Below are positions 52,916 through 63,757 of a DNA stretch of 64,000 nucleotides, one piece after another; within the stretch, counting starts at the first letter, position 1, and each line of letters begins with the position of its first letter. The stretch is from assembly GCF_963921235.1 (NCBI RefSeq), contig NC_086108.1, positions 49,478,001 through 49,542,000 on the forward strand. The letters run 5' to 3'. The translations under genes were made by a program, and so were the position numbers. Below the pieces are notes generated by a model. The model had not been told where the DNA came from and made no database searches. It worked only from the letters and a program-made list of their open reading frames with translations. This DNA comes from Mobula hypostoma. Lineage: Eukaryota.

Positions 52916-53567
52916 TGTAACCCAGCCTAAACATTTTCAGAAAAAATTTTTGCACATATTTTATACCTTTTTAAGTTAATTTTCTATCCAAATCAAACCT
53001 TGCTTTGGTTCAGATTTCCCTTGATCTGAATTGCTCCTTGCGCTTTCAACTTACACTATTCTGCAGCAATATAATGACTGCAGTCCCACAGGTTGAAAAA
53101 TCCTCTGTGCTTCTCTGCTGCAGGGCAGAACAGGCAGCAAATGGGGATTAGACCTCAGGCAGTGGATCTCAAGACCCCACCTTTGGGCGATGACATTTAC
53201 AAGTAATTCAAAAGGATTAAAATAATTAAACAAAAAAAACTTTATATGATAAACTTACATAAGAACAAGATTGTTATCTAAAACTTTTAGATTAAGGAAA
53301 ATTAAATTAACAAAGAACTGACCTGTGCTCAATATTTTAATCATGGTAATGAACTCCATCAAATGCATGGGGCCATACTCCAAAAGCTAAGGGGCAGACT
53401 GTGAATGAAGTTTGCGCAATTCTATTCTCAGTTTTTTTTCCTGTTTATTTCTCAATCCTGCATTCTCATTGTTTAAGGAGACATAAATAATTTGTCTTTG
53501 GTTGCTGATACTATATGTGTTTTGTGAGAGCATTGACTACTGGTTGTCAAAGAGATGTGGAATTGTA

Positions 53568-53790
53568 CAACATAGAAACAGCCCCTTTGGTCCAACTATG
53601 ATGACGGCGATGCATATATATACTACTTGTACTTGCCCACGTTAGGCCCATATCCCTCTACGTCTTTCCTACCCAAGTAACTGTCCAGATGCCTTTTAAA
53701 CATTGTAATTGTATCAATCTTTAATGTTTCCTCAGGCAGTGTAGTCCATATAAGCATATTTCTCTGCATAAAAAACTTGCCACTTGGTTC
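53568..53790 (-). mobile_element. Decayed CR1 3' end
   Basis: GKFFMQR..IWTTLPE...ITMFKRHLDSYLGRKDVEGYG. Confidence 0.7.
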
Positions 53791-53828
53791 TGAGCCCCAA
53801 GCTTTCAGTTCCCCACTGAAATACATCA

Positions 53829-54090
53829 AATGGCACGGCCGTGTAGTGATTAGCATAAATCTTCACAGCACTGGCAATCAGAAGATTGGGGTTCATTCAC
53901 GCTGCTGTGTATAAAGAGTTTGTATGTTCTCTCTGCAACTGTGTAGATTTCCTCCAGGTGCTCCAGTTTCCTCCCACTGTCCAGCAGGTTAATTGATGAT
54001 ATGGGATTTTTAAAAAAGTATTAATTCACCTCTGTCAGTGTAACATTGTGGGTTGAGGGGACTGTTCCTGTGCTGTACCATGTTCTACTG
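53829..54090 (+). mobile_element. HE1-like V-SINE
   Basis: tRNA-like head (ggcacggccgtgtagtgattagc...ggggttcattc), V-domain gagtttgtatgttctct..tttcctccaggtgctccagtttcctccca, and CR1-like tail. Confidence 0.72.
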
Positions 54091-55048
54091 TCCATTCAGA
54101 ACTGATCTCCAACGGTACACTTCTTACATTTTGTTAGCCTCAGCCCCATTTCCCTGCAGAACTTATCAGCAATTTTCTTAAACTTGTACTCTTGATTTTA
54201 TAAAGCCACCCATGTTATGAGGTGGCGTGCATTCCTAGAAAATGCTTTATATCACAATTTTCCTTAAAGTAAAGCCCATTGTACTGAACATGCATAAATA
54301 AATGCAAGTTGAAAACAAATAAATTTTGTGTTACTTATTTGTTTTTTTTCCAATATTCCATGTGCCATGAGAGTGTATTTTATTCTGATTCTCAATTTTT
54401 TTGAATAGTGATTTGTGGGTTTGGTAAAGGTGAATTTCCATTATCCCAATGATGGAAACGCAGGAGTTGTCTGTACTGATTTAACAGGGCAAACAGCTCA
54501 AAGTTCCATGCCAACAAGAACTGCTCCTGGGGTTTTTAACTTCTTTACCAGTTTTAAGATTATGAGTCCTGCTTATCACAGCTGCAGAGCACCATTCTTT
54601 GTTGTTTCTTCTTTGTCTGCGGATGGCTGAATATTCTTACGGTGCACTGGGAATGCTCAAGGGACATACTCTATGGAAAAATTGAGGAAGTGAGAGTTGG
54701 TATCTTATTCCACCAGGAGAGGCCTCACAGAGCCTGCCTACTCACACCTTAAAACATTTTTCAACTGGATTATGATCAGAATTACTGGTTTAAATTTTCT
54801 GTGCAGTGAGGCTAACTTCTCTTACATTTACTGCAGTCCTGTCTAAGAAACTTGAATCAGTACCTTTTGGAGGACTGAACTGAATGGATAGTTGACGCAG
54901 TCTGTGCACACATCACTATAAATGTCAAAGAAATCAAATATAGCATGTAGAAAGATTCAGAAATAGCTCTTAAATTTACAGGTTAATGATACGACAGCTC
55001 TCTTCCATCTTTACTAGATTCTTCCGAATTTGGCAGGAAAATGCATAT

Positions 55049-55210
55049 AGAAACATAGAAACATAGAAAATAGGTGCAGGAGTAGGCCATTCGGCCCTTC
55101 GAGCCTGCACCGCCATTTATTATGATCATGGCTGATCATCCAACTCAGAACCCAGCCTTCCCTCCATACCCCCTGACCCCTGTAGCCACAAGGGCCATAT
55201 CTAACTCCCT
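55049..55210 (-). mobile_element. Young CR1 3' UTR fragment
   Basis: (acatagaa)n tail, ggagtaggccattcggccc motif, 5-bp TSD catat at 55044-55048 and 55211-55215. Confidence 0.8.
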
Positions 55211-55524
55211 CATATGTAAAATGGTAATGTTAAGTCTGATGTTGCCTCGGTAAGGAGAGAATTGAATCTGAACAAAGTACTTAGTTACAAGTCTCCACGT
55301 GTCTCCGTTCTGTGACGTGCTCTCACTCATTTCCGTTCTGTTTAAGTTCAAAGGAAGAACGGTCGTTTAACAAAGTTAGTCATTGTTTGTACTGTCGAAC
55401 ACCAGTGGCCAATCATGACAAATGATTGACTAGTCTGTGATGTGGCCATGGTTTGCCACTGTCTGGCTGATTCATTTTGAGACAGACTACAAACAACAGC
55501 TGATGCTGTATCATTTCGTGGAAG

Positions 55525-56270
55525 GTTAAAGCTATTTAAGGTTGTTTAATATCACTTCCAGTACACAAGTCTAAAGGAGAACAAAATAATTATTACTCTG
55601 GGTCTGATGCGGCACTAAAAATACACCATAAGTTAAGGAACATAATAACAAAAAGAGTAATAAAAACACAATAAATATCAATACATAAGATAGCTTATAT
55701 ACATATAGTAGAACAATAATATGCCTATAAAGTGCTGCTAGGCACAGGAGCGTCTGTACATACTTTATACTTTATTGTCGCCAAACAATTGATACTAGAA
55801 CGTACAATCATCACAGTGATATTTGATGCTGTGCTTCCCACTCCCTGGATTACAAATATTAAGTATTAAAACTAGTAAAAATTAGTAAATATTAAAAATT
55901 TAAATTATAAATCATAAATAGAAAATAGAAAAATGGAAAGTAAGGTAGTGCAAAAAAACCAAGAGGCAGGTCCAGATATTTGGAGGGTACGGCCCAGATC
56001 CGGGTCAGGATCATTTCAGCAGTCTTATCACAGTTGGAAAGAAGCTGACCCCAAATCTGGCCGTATGAGTCTTCAAGCTCCTACTTTATCATTTCCTGTC
56101 AGTCATCTTGTGATCCACATAAGATGACTGACAGGAAATGATAAAGTATTGGTGGTGGGGGATGTGGATGAGAGGGGTGTGTGGAGATGTTGATCAGCCT
56201 TACTGCTCGGGGAAAGTATCCGTTCTTGTGTTTGGAGGTCCTGATGTAGATGGGGACCTTGCATTCTCAA
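55525..56270 (-). mobile_element. Rex1-type 3' end hosting a younger Rex1 3' end (55761-56081)
   Basis: Host reads gtctgtacata|agatgactgacagg across the insertion; the insert is near-identical to 23416-23747. Confidence 0.7.
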
Positions 56271-56448
56271 TGTTAATTGTATTCTGGGCCTAGATGGCAT
56301 CGCTTGACACTGCACTGTGTGGATAACAGAAACAAGCCTGCATTGTATCACAAACAACAGGAATTCTGCAGATGCTGGAAATTCAAGCAACACACATAAA
56401 AGTTGCTGGTGAACGCAGCAGGCCAGGCAGCAACTCTAGGAAGAGGTG

Positions 56449-56485
56449 CAGTCGACGTTTCAGGCCGAGACTCTTCGTCAGGACC
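56449..56485 (-). ncRNA. Minimal type I hammerhead motif, antisense copy
   Basis: Reverse complement ggtcCTGACGAagagtctcggcctGAAACGTCgactg; one stem II substitution. Confidence 0.65.
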
Positions 56486-56494
56486 AACTCAGTT

Positions 56495-56531
56495 AGTCCT
56501 GACGAAGGGTCTCGGCCTGAAACGTCGACTG
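56495..56531 (+). ncRNA. Minimal type I hammerhead ribozyme motif (copy 1)
   Basis: agtc-CTGACGA(56499-56505)-AGGgtctcggCCT-GAAA(56519-56522)-CGTC-gact; stem I agtc/gact; predicted cleavage after 56526. Confidence 0.8.
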
Positions 56532-56582
56532 CACCTCTTCCTAGAGATGCTGCCTGGCCTGCTGCGTTTACGAGCATCAGTT

Positions 56583-56619
56583 AGTCCTGACGAAGGGTCT
56601 CGGCCTGAAACGTCGACTG
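56583..56619 (+). ncRNA. Minimal type I hammerhead ribozyme motif (copy 2)
   Basis: Identical core 88 nt downstream; predicted cleavage after 56614. Confidence 0.8.
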
Positions 56620-56670
56620 CACCTCTTCCTAGAGATGCTGCCTGGCCTGCTGCGTTCACGAGCATCAGTT

Positions 56671-56707
56671 AGTCCTGACGAAGGGTCTCGGCCTGAAACG
56701 TCGACGG
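56671..56707 (+). ncRNA. Minimal type I hammerhead ribozyme motif (copy 3)
   Basis: Identical core; stem I shortened by gactg to gacgg; predicted cleavage after 56702. Confidence 0.72.
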
Positions 56708-57814
56708 CACCTCTTCCTAGAGATGCTGCCTGGCCTGCTGCGTTCACCAGCAACTTTTATGTGTGTTGCATTGTATCACAAGCTCTTTTTAATGAGTAAT
56801 TTCCTAAGCTACTCTCAATTGCAATAAAACACACCCCAGGGTTCAATATGCAGCATGCATTTCATTTCTATGTGTTTCACTTTTATGCTTTAACTAACCC
56901 ATTTGAAAAAGGAAAGAAATCAAATGCATTTTCAGGACCTTGTAAGGTATCGCAATTGGTGGAAACGTACAAGATTTCTAACCACCGATATTGAGTTGGG
57001 GTTCACCGTAGGAGGATGGTCAGATCTGATAACGTATTACGTGAAGTTCTGTCACCGCGATTTTTGGAGCACAATAAATGAATTGTTACCGTTTTTCTTA
57101 AGCACAGAATGCCTCACATCGTTCTTTTTGCAAAAATCTACAACCTTAGCAAAGGTGTTTTCAAATAATGAAGCATCTCTCTATTCAACTACAACAGTGT
57201 CTAATGATACTAATGACAGACTGAAACTACAGACAAATCCATTCTCATTCTAATCTTTCTCTTCACCCCCACTTCTTCCTCAGTCCACAATCCCTCCTGA
57301 TATACAAGCTGCAGGTGGTTTAAATACTGTTCCTGCCTCACCTCATCACAAACCAGTTGTGTGTTAGAGATACTTGAAAGTAAAGAATATTGGGATGACA
57401 GGTATCACTTGAAGACATTCTGTCACGCAATATAACATTCAGAGACTCGTTTCCATTGCTGATACTGTATAGAATTTAGAAATTTAGAAATTACATCACT
57501 TTGCAGAGCACCTGCAGTCAGTCCACAGGAGTGACCCAAAGCTTGTAGCTTGTAGTTGCTTGTCACTTTAATTCTTCTATTCGTGTATTTTTGCACGTTT
57601 TATTCCATATCCATACTTTAACCTTTAACTTTATTTTTATGTAACTCTTTATGAATGTTGAATGTTGTTTTTTGTTGCACGTCATGTCTTGAGGAATACA
57701 CCACACCAAATTCCTGATCCATATATATGGCGAAAAAGTTTGATTCTTGATTCATCATCGCACTTGGAACTCTCTGTCTGTGATCTCCTGCACTGTTACA
57801 ATGGAATCCAGTGA

Positions 57815-58252
57815 AAAAACTTGAAGAACAACAGCTCATCTCAGGACAGGGCACCCTGTAGCCTTCGGGACTCAATGACGATTCCTTCAACTAAAGTTAA
57901 CAGTCTTTTTCCCCTGACTGTCATCATTTTGGCTCAGGTTTTCTTTTGTTTTCATTTGTATAGTCTGACCTGTTGTGCAAATCCCAGAACTGTGCCAAGA
58001 ACAGCAAAGAAAAAGAAACTTAATCTGATCTTCAAAACAACATAACTGCCACTTTAAATCACCCGGTCTCCCTCTATCAGGAATATTTTCTATGTTCTAC
58101 CCCTCCTTCTCCCATACCTTCTCTACTACTGAAAACTAACTTGTTCTCCCTCTTTCCCAGTCCGATGAGTGCCCCAATCCTGAAAGATTAACTCAGTTTC
58201 GCTTTCCACAGGTGCTGCCTGACCTGCTCCGTTCCCAGCATTTTCTGCTGTA
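57815..58252 (+). mobile_element. Old Penelope 3' fragment with degenerate pLTR
   Basis: LEEQQLI..GTL.PSGLN remnant and a decayed hammerhead/tail (gctgcctgacctgct...cagcattttctg). Confidence 0.6.
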
Positions 58253-58399
58253 GTTAGAAGTTAGCTCTCAGGCAGGGTCTGCGTGCACTCAGGCAATGGG
58301 GAGAAGTAGACTGCTGCCAGGACAAGAAATGGGCATCACAAATTTACTGCTTGTGAGGGGCAGTGTGTGCAGCTGTACGGTAAGGAAGTGGAGACACGA

Positions 58400-58934
58400 G
58401 AGACTACAGGTGCTGGGAATCTGGAGCAACACACACATAATGTTGGAGGAACTCAGCAGATCAAGTCAGTATCTCCAAAGGGAAATGAACGGTGGAGGTT
58501 TCAGACAAAAACCCTTCATAAGGACGGGAAAGGAAGGGGACAAAAGCCAGAATGAAAGGAAGTGGAGCACAAGCTGGTGGGGGTGAAAGGTGAATCCAGA
58601 TGAGTGGTAAAGCAATAGGGTGGGGGAAGGAAATAATGTAAAAGCTGGGAGGTGATTGGTAGGAAAGGCAAAGAGCTGAAGAAGGGGGAATCTGATAGGA
58701 GGGGCCAGTAGATCTGGGAATACAGATGGTAGGGAACCAGAGGGAGGAAGGTGTAGGTGATAGGCAGGGAGTGGAAAGAAAAGGGGTAATGAGTCACAGG
58801 GATAAGGGAAAATAGGGGGTGGGGGGAGGTAAGAATAACAGAGGGGAGTGATTACCAGAAGTTGATATTAATGCCATGAGGTTGGAGACTATGAGGTGTT
58901 GCTCCTCTCTCTATATCCAGTCTTAATGCGGCAG
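58400..58934 (-). mobile_element. Old Penelope 3' fragment; probably continues at 60361-60412 beyond two nested insertions
   Basis: pLTR-like aacacacacataatgttggaggaactcagcag and a purine-rich tract like 34440-34750; 60361-60412 resembles 35078-35130. Confidence 0.65.
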
Positions 58935-59899
58935 TGTCACAATCGGGCGCTGGGAACGGACCCAAATGCAAGACACAGACACTGAAGCACAAGGAACAGG
59001 ACTTAACTAGAGTAGGGACGTGACAGGATACAGACAAGGAGCAGGGACAAGAACACAGACTTGGGCTAGGGCATGGACAAGACAGGGGGTCTCAAGGCTC
59101 GGGATAAGTCAGGCCGTTCTGCAGTTGCCCTGTTGGGGGGGTCCTGTCTTGTCTTGTCCTCACCTCCGTGGGGGGAGTCAGACTGTTTTGCCATTGCCCT
59201 GCGGGAGGATCTGTCTTGGCTTGTCCTCACCTCTGTTGGGTAAGTCCAGCCATTCTGCCATTACCCAACAGGTGGATTTGTCCCACCTTGATGTGGAGGT
59301 AAAGTTGAGTCCCGGCTTGTCTATGGATGGGTCCTGGCTCTTTGTCTATGTACTGTCCTGTCTCATGTTGGTGTTGTGTTAAAGATGAGTCCCGGCTTTT
59401 CGAAGGATAGTCCCAGCTCTATGTTGTTGTACAGTTCCCAGTGTGTCTCCGAGCTCTAGCCTCCAAGTTATCAGCCTCCGCATTCCGGGCCTTGAGGCCC
59501 GAACAGCCTGACTTACCCCACAGAGGCAAGGACAAGAAGAGACAAACACCAAAGAAAAACAGACAGCTCCATCTCTGCTTCAGGGTTGCTCCAAGTCACA
59601 GTTACAGCCAGCAACCTCTGCTGGCTACAGAAACAGCTGGATCCCTACCTAGCTCAGAGTGGCTGACAGCCACTCAGCAGGCCCAGGAAACAGCCAAATC
59701 CATACCGCAAAGACAGCTCTGACTACCCACAGCAAGGCTCCATGAAGCAATGGTTCTCCAACGCAGCCTAAAGATGGCAAATGGCCACACTAGCCTTCCA
59801 CTGGCAGGTTGCTCCCAGGGGATCTTGACAAGACAAACCAGCAGCCCACACACAACCCCAAGGCTACTTATATTCCAAGCCCCAAGATGGGAATCACCT
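58935..59899 (-). mobile_element. Gypsy-type LTR (solo, truncated) with internal short tandem repeats
   Basis: Terminal tgtcac at 58935; TATA-like atataag on - near 59867-59873; imperfect repeats at 59115-59300 and 59308-59440; truncated by Penelope at cacct microhomology. Confidence 0.6.
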
Positions 59900-60359
59900 T
59901 ATATTCCGTCTGGGTAGCCTCCAACTTGATGGCATGAACATTGACTTCTCAAACTTCTGCTAATGCCCTACCTCCCCCTCGTACCCCATGCATTATTTAT
60001 TTATATACACACATTCTTTTTCTCTCACTCTCCTTTTTCTCCCTCTGTCCCTCTCACTATACTCCTTGCCCATCCTCTGGGCTTACCCCCCTCCCCTTTT
60101 CTTTCTCCCTAGGCCTCCTGTCCCATGATCCTCTCATATCCCTTTTGCCAATCATCCGTCCAGCTCTTGGCTCCATCCCTCCCCCTCCCGTCTTCTCCTA
60201 TCATTTCGGATCTCCCCCTCCCCTTCCCACTTTCAAATCTCTTACTAACTCTTCCTTCAGTTAGTCCTGATGAAGGGTCTCGGCCCAAAACGTTGACTGT
60301 ACCTCTTCCTAGAGATGCTGCCTGGCCTGCTGCGTTCACCAGCAACTTTTATGTGTGTT
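59895..60359 (+). mobile_element. Penelope 3' end with pLTR and hammerhead motif (60261-60299)
   Basis: HLIFRLGSLQLDGMNIDFSNF* then close match to the reverse complement of 34330-34810; core CTGATGA...AAAACGTT (GAAA mutated). Confidence 0.88.
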
Positions 60360-62392
60360 CGCTTGGAAGGACTGTTTTGGACCCTGAATAGCGGTGAGGG
60401 AGTAGGTGTGGGGGAAGATGAAACATTTGGGGAAGTAGGATCTGATTTAATTGCAGTTTATGCCAGAAGTGGCCTGCGTTGCCTGCCAGGCAAATTGCTA
60501 TCAGTGACATACAGCATTCCGAAAGCAGCAATCTACACAAAGACACTCACTTCTTATGCCTATTTTCCTTCAGAAGAGAGAGTGTTAGTGATCTTCACAA
60601 TGCAACCAAGAACGGTAAACAGTAAGATGTCATGAATATAATCAGCTCCAACCTGATGCATAAATATGCATCGCAGTGGGTGAGGCAAAACCACCAGCAA
60701 TGCTGCTCTTGTTCTTGCCTGGGATGGTCTTTAAGTGACAATGAGGAGATCTTTTCTGAATTACACATATTTCAGATGTTCTTACTGCTTGATTGTCGAC
60801 AGGAGAAATGCTCCCTATCATAAATAGGGGAAATACGTCTCCTTTCAGAGAGCCCTGGCACCCTCTTCATTTTCCCTCTTCAAGCAGGCTGTCCTGTTCA
60901 GTTTGACCTCTGCCTCTCCCAGCTACAAAAGGTGTGTCTACAGCTACTACACTCAAGCCTGACAGCATCAGATTTGTGCAGAAGCTTCAAGTTAAGACAA
61001 ACTTCTTCAGCATCTGGCACATTACTCACTGCACCAAATATTACTGGCGTCATGAAATCCGCCAGAGGGAATCAGTCAGCAACTGAAAGTTAAAGGTGCC
61101 TTTAAGTAATGGTGTGTGTATGTGTGTAGCAAGAATAAAGAAGCGAATTTGCTGGAGTGTTAAATTCTATCAAGTTGGAGTTTACTCATTAACACTCACG
61201 TTGATACTCCACAATTAGGGAGTTCAAGTGAGTTTTGTACCAGTTAGGTATCTAGACAAAAATGCACATGATAACTAACTGAAAGTTCTCAGCCATGGTT
61301 TGCTGGTAATCTTAGGAACCTAATAAAAATGTTTTGAGTCCAGACTTGCAAAACTGAGTGAAACCTGTTCTTCACACAATGATGTGGCTTCATCTGTTCT
61401 ACATGAGGCTCAAATTATTATGTTGACATTTCAAAACTGGAAATTTTAAATATACTAGGAATTTTAAAAGATGCAGATATTAACTTGTCCACTTTGTCAC
61501 TTTAGTAGAGTGACACTGACCCTGACAACTTTATGAATTCTCTTCCATTTAACAGCTAATATTAATTTGAGAAGAAGCAAAAGTCAGATGTCTCAGTATT
61601 ACAGTGCAGTAAAGGGAATTAAAGAGGCATGAGAGAGGAGTTGGCCAAAACTGATTGGAAAAGAACACTGGCAAGAGTGTCGGCAAAGCAGCAATGGCTG
61701 GAATTTCTGGGAACAATTTGGAAGTTGCAGGATACATACATGCCAAAGAGAAATATGTATTTTAAAGGCAGGATGACACAACCTTGGCTGACAAGAAAAA
61801 TGATAGGCAACATCAAAGCCAATGTGAGGGCATATAATAGAGCACAAGAAGTGGGAAGTTAGAGGATTGGGAAGCTTTTAAAAACCCAACAGATGGCAAC
61901 TAAAAAGTCACAAAGTAGGAAATGATGGAATATGAAGGAAAGCTAGCCAATAATATTAAAGAGGATACCAAAAGTTTCTTCAGATATATAAAGAGTAAAA
62001 GAGAGGTGAGGGTAGATATACGACCATTGGAAAATGGTGCTGGCAAGGTAGTTATGGGGACCAGGGAAATGTTGATGAACTGAATAAATATTTTGCATCA
62101 GACTTCACTGTGGAAGACATTACCAATATGTCGGAAGTTCAAGATTGGCAGAGTGTGTGGTTGCCATTACTAGAGTGAAGGTTCTTGGGAAACTGAACAG
62201 TCTAAAGGTCGATAAGCACCTGTACCAGATGGTATACAGTCCAGGGTTCTGCAAGAGGTGGCTGAAGAGATCGTGGAGGCATTAGTAATGATCTTTAAGA
62301 ACCAATTGATTCTGGCATGGTTACAGAGAAATGGAAAATTTCAAATGGCTCTGCACTCTTCAAGGAGGGAGAGAGGCAGAAGAAAGGAAATT

Positions 62393-62633
62393 ATAGTCAT
62401 AGTCATACTTTATTGATCTCGGGGGAAAATGGTTTTTGTTACAGTTGCACCATAAGTAATAAATAGTAATAAAACCATAAATAGTTAAATAGTAATATGT
62501 AAATTATGCCAGGAAATACGTCCAGGACCAGCCTGTTGGCTTAGGGTGTCTGACCCTCCAAGGGAGGAGTTGTAAAGTTTGATGGCCACAGGCAGGAATG
62601 ACTTCCTATGACGCTCTGTGTTGCATCTCGGTG
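62393..62633 (-). mobile_element. Rex1-type 3' end with (atgact)n tail nested in CR1
   Basis: Interrupts the CR1 motif ggaaattatag|..cagttagtctaac; tail tagtcatagtcatactttattg. Confidence 0.7.
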
Positions 62634-63619
62634 GACAGTTAGTCTAACTTCAGTGGTTGAGAAGATGTTGGAATTGACTGTTAAGGATATGGTTTTGGTG
62701 TACTTGGAGGCACATGATAAAATAGGCTGTAGTCAGCATGGTTTCCTTAAGAGAAAATCTTGCCTAACCAATCTACTGGAATTCTTTGAAGAAATAACAA
62801 GCAGGGTAGACAAAGAAGAGTAAGTGGATGTTGTTTATTTGGGTTTTCAGAAAGCCTTTGACAAGAAGCCTCACGAGTCGCTTAACAAGTTAAGAGCCAA
62901 TATTATTACAGAAAAGATGGTAGCATGGATAGAGATTTGGCTGTTAAGCACAAGGCAAAGAATGGGAATAAAGGGAGCCTCTTCTGGTTGGCTGCCCATG
63001 ACTAGTGGTGTTCTTCATGGGTCTGTGTTGGGAACACTTCTTTTTATTATATTTGTCAGTGATTTGGATGATGGAATTTGTGGTCAAGTTTGCGGATAAT
63101 ACGAAGATAGATGGAGGTACAGGTAGTTTAAAGGAAGTAGAGAGGCTACAGAAGGACTGGCAGATTAGGATAATGGACAAAGAAGTGGCAGATGGAATAC
63201 AGTTTTGGGAAGTGCATGGTCATGCACTTCGGTAGAAGAAATAAATGCATTGACTGTTCTCTAAATGGACTTGGAAGTGCTCATACAGAATTCTCTAAAG
63301 GTTCATTTGCAGATTGAGTTGGTGATCAGGAAGGCAAATGCGATGATAGTATTTATTTCAAGAGGACTAGAATATAAATGCAAGGATGTAATACTGAGGC
63401 TTTATAAAGCACTGGTGAGGCCTCACTTGGAGTATTGTGAGCAGTTTTGGGCCCCTTATCTAAGAAAGGATGTGTTGACATTGGAGAGGGTTTCAAGGAG
63501 GTTCACAAAAATAATTCTGGGATTGAAAGGCTTGTCATAAAAGGATCATTTGATGGCTCTGGGCCTGTATTCGCTGGAATTCAGAAGAATGAAGGATGAC
63601 CTCATTGAAACCTATTGGT

Positions 63620-63757
63620 ACATGGGGCTTAGCAAAATAGAGGGCTATGCACTAGGGAAATTCTGGGCAGTTTCTAGAGTAGGTTACATGGTCAGCACAG
63701 CATTGTGGGCCGAAGGGCCTGTAATGTGCTGTAGATTTCTATGTTCTATGTTCTATG
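63620..63757 (+). mobile_element. Short CR1 3' UTR nested in CR1
   Basis: gtgggccgaagggcctgtaatgtgctgt..(ttctatg)n interrupts LIETY..MLKAFDRVD. Confidence 0.75.

Larger units (their letters stand above)
56354..56766. mobile_element. Penelope-derived hammerhead cassette: one inverted copy plus three tandem 88-nt units
   Basis: Direct repeat tgcattgtatcacaa at 56339-56353 and 56767-56781 (TSD, partly overlapping element ends); units start at 56489, 56577 and 56665. Confidence 0.92.

Noticed and set aside
56372..56672. Repeated ORFs MLVNAAGQAA.../SPDEGSRPETST... as a small protein family
   Set aside because: They are incidental translations of the non-coding Penelope pLTR/hammerhead repeat, seen on both strands wherever the repeat occurs.
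56489..56766. CRISPR-like array
   Set aside because: The units are contiguous 88-nt tandem repeats without unique spacers, there are no cas genes, and the DNA is vertebrate.
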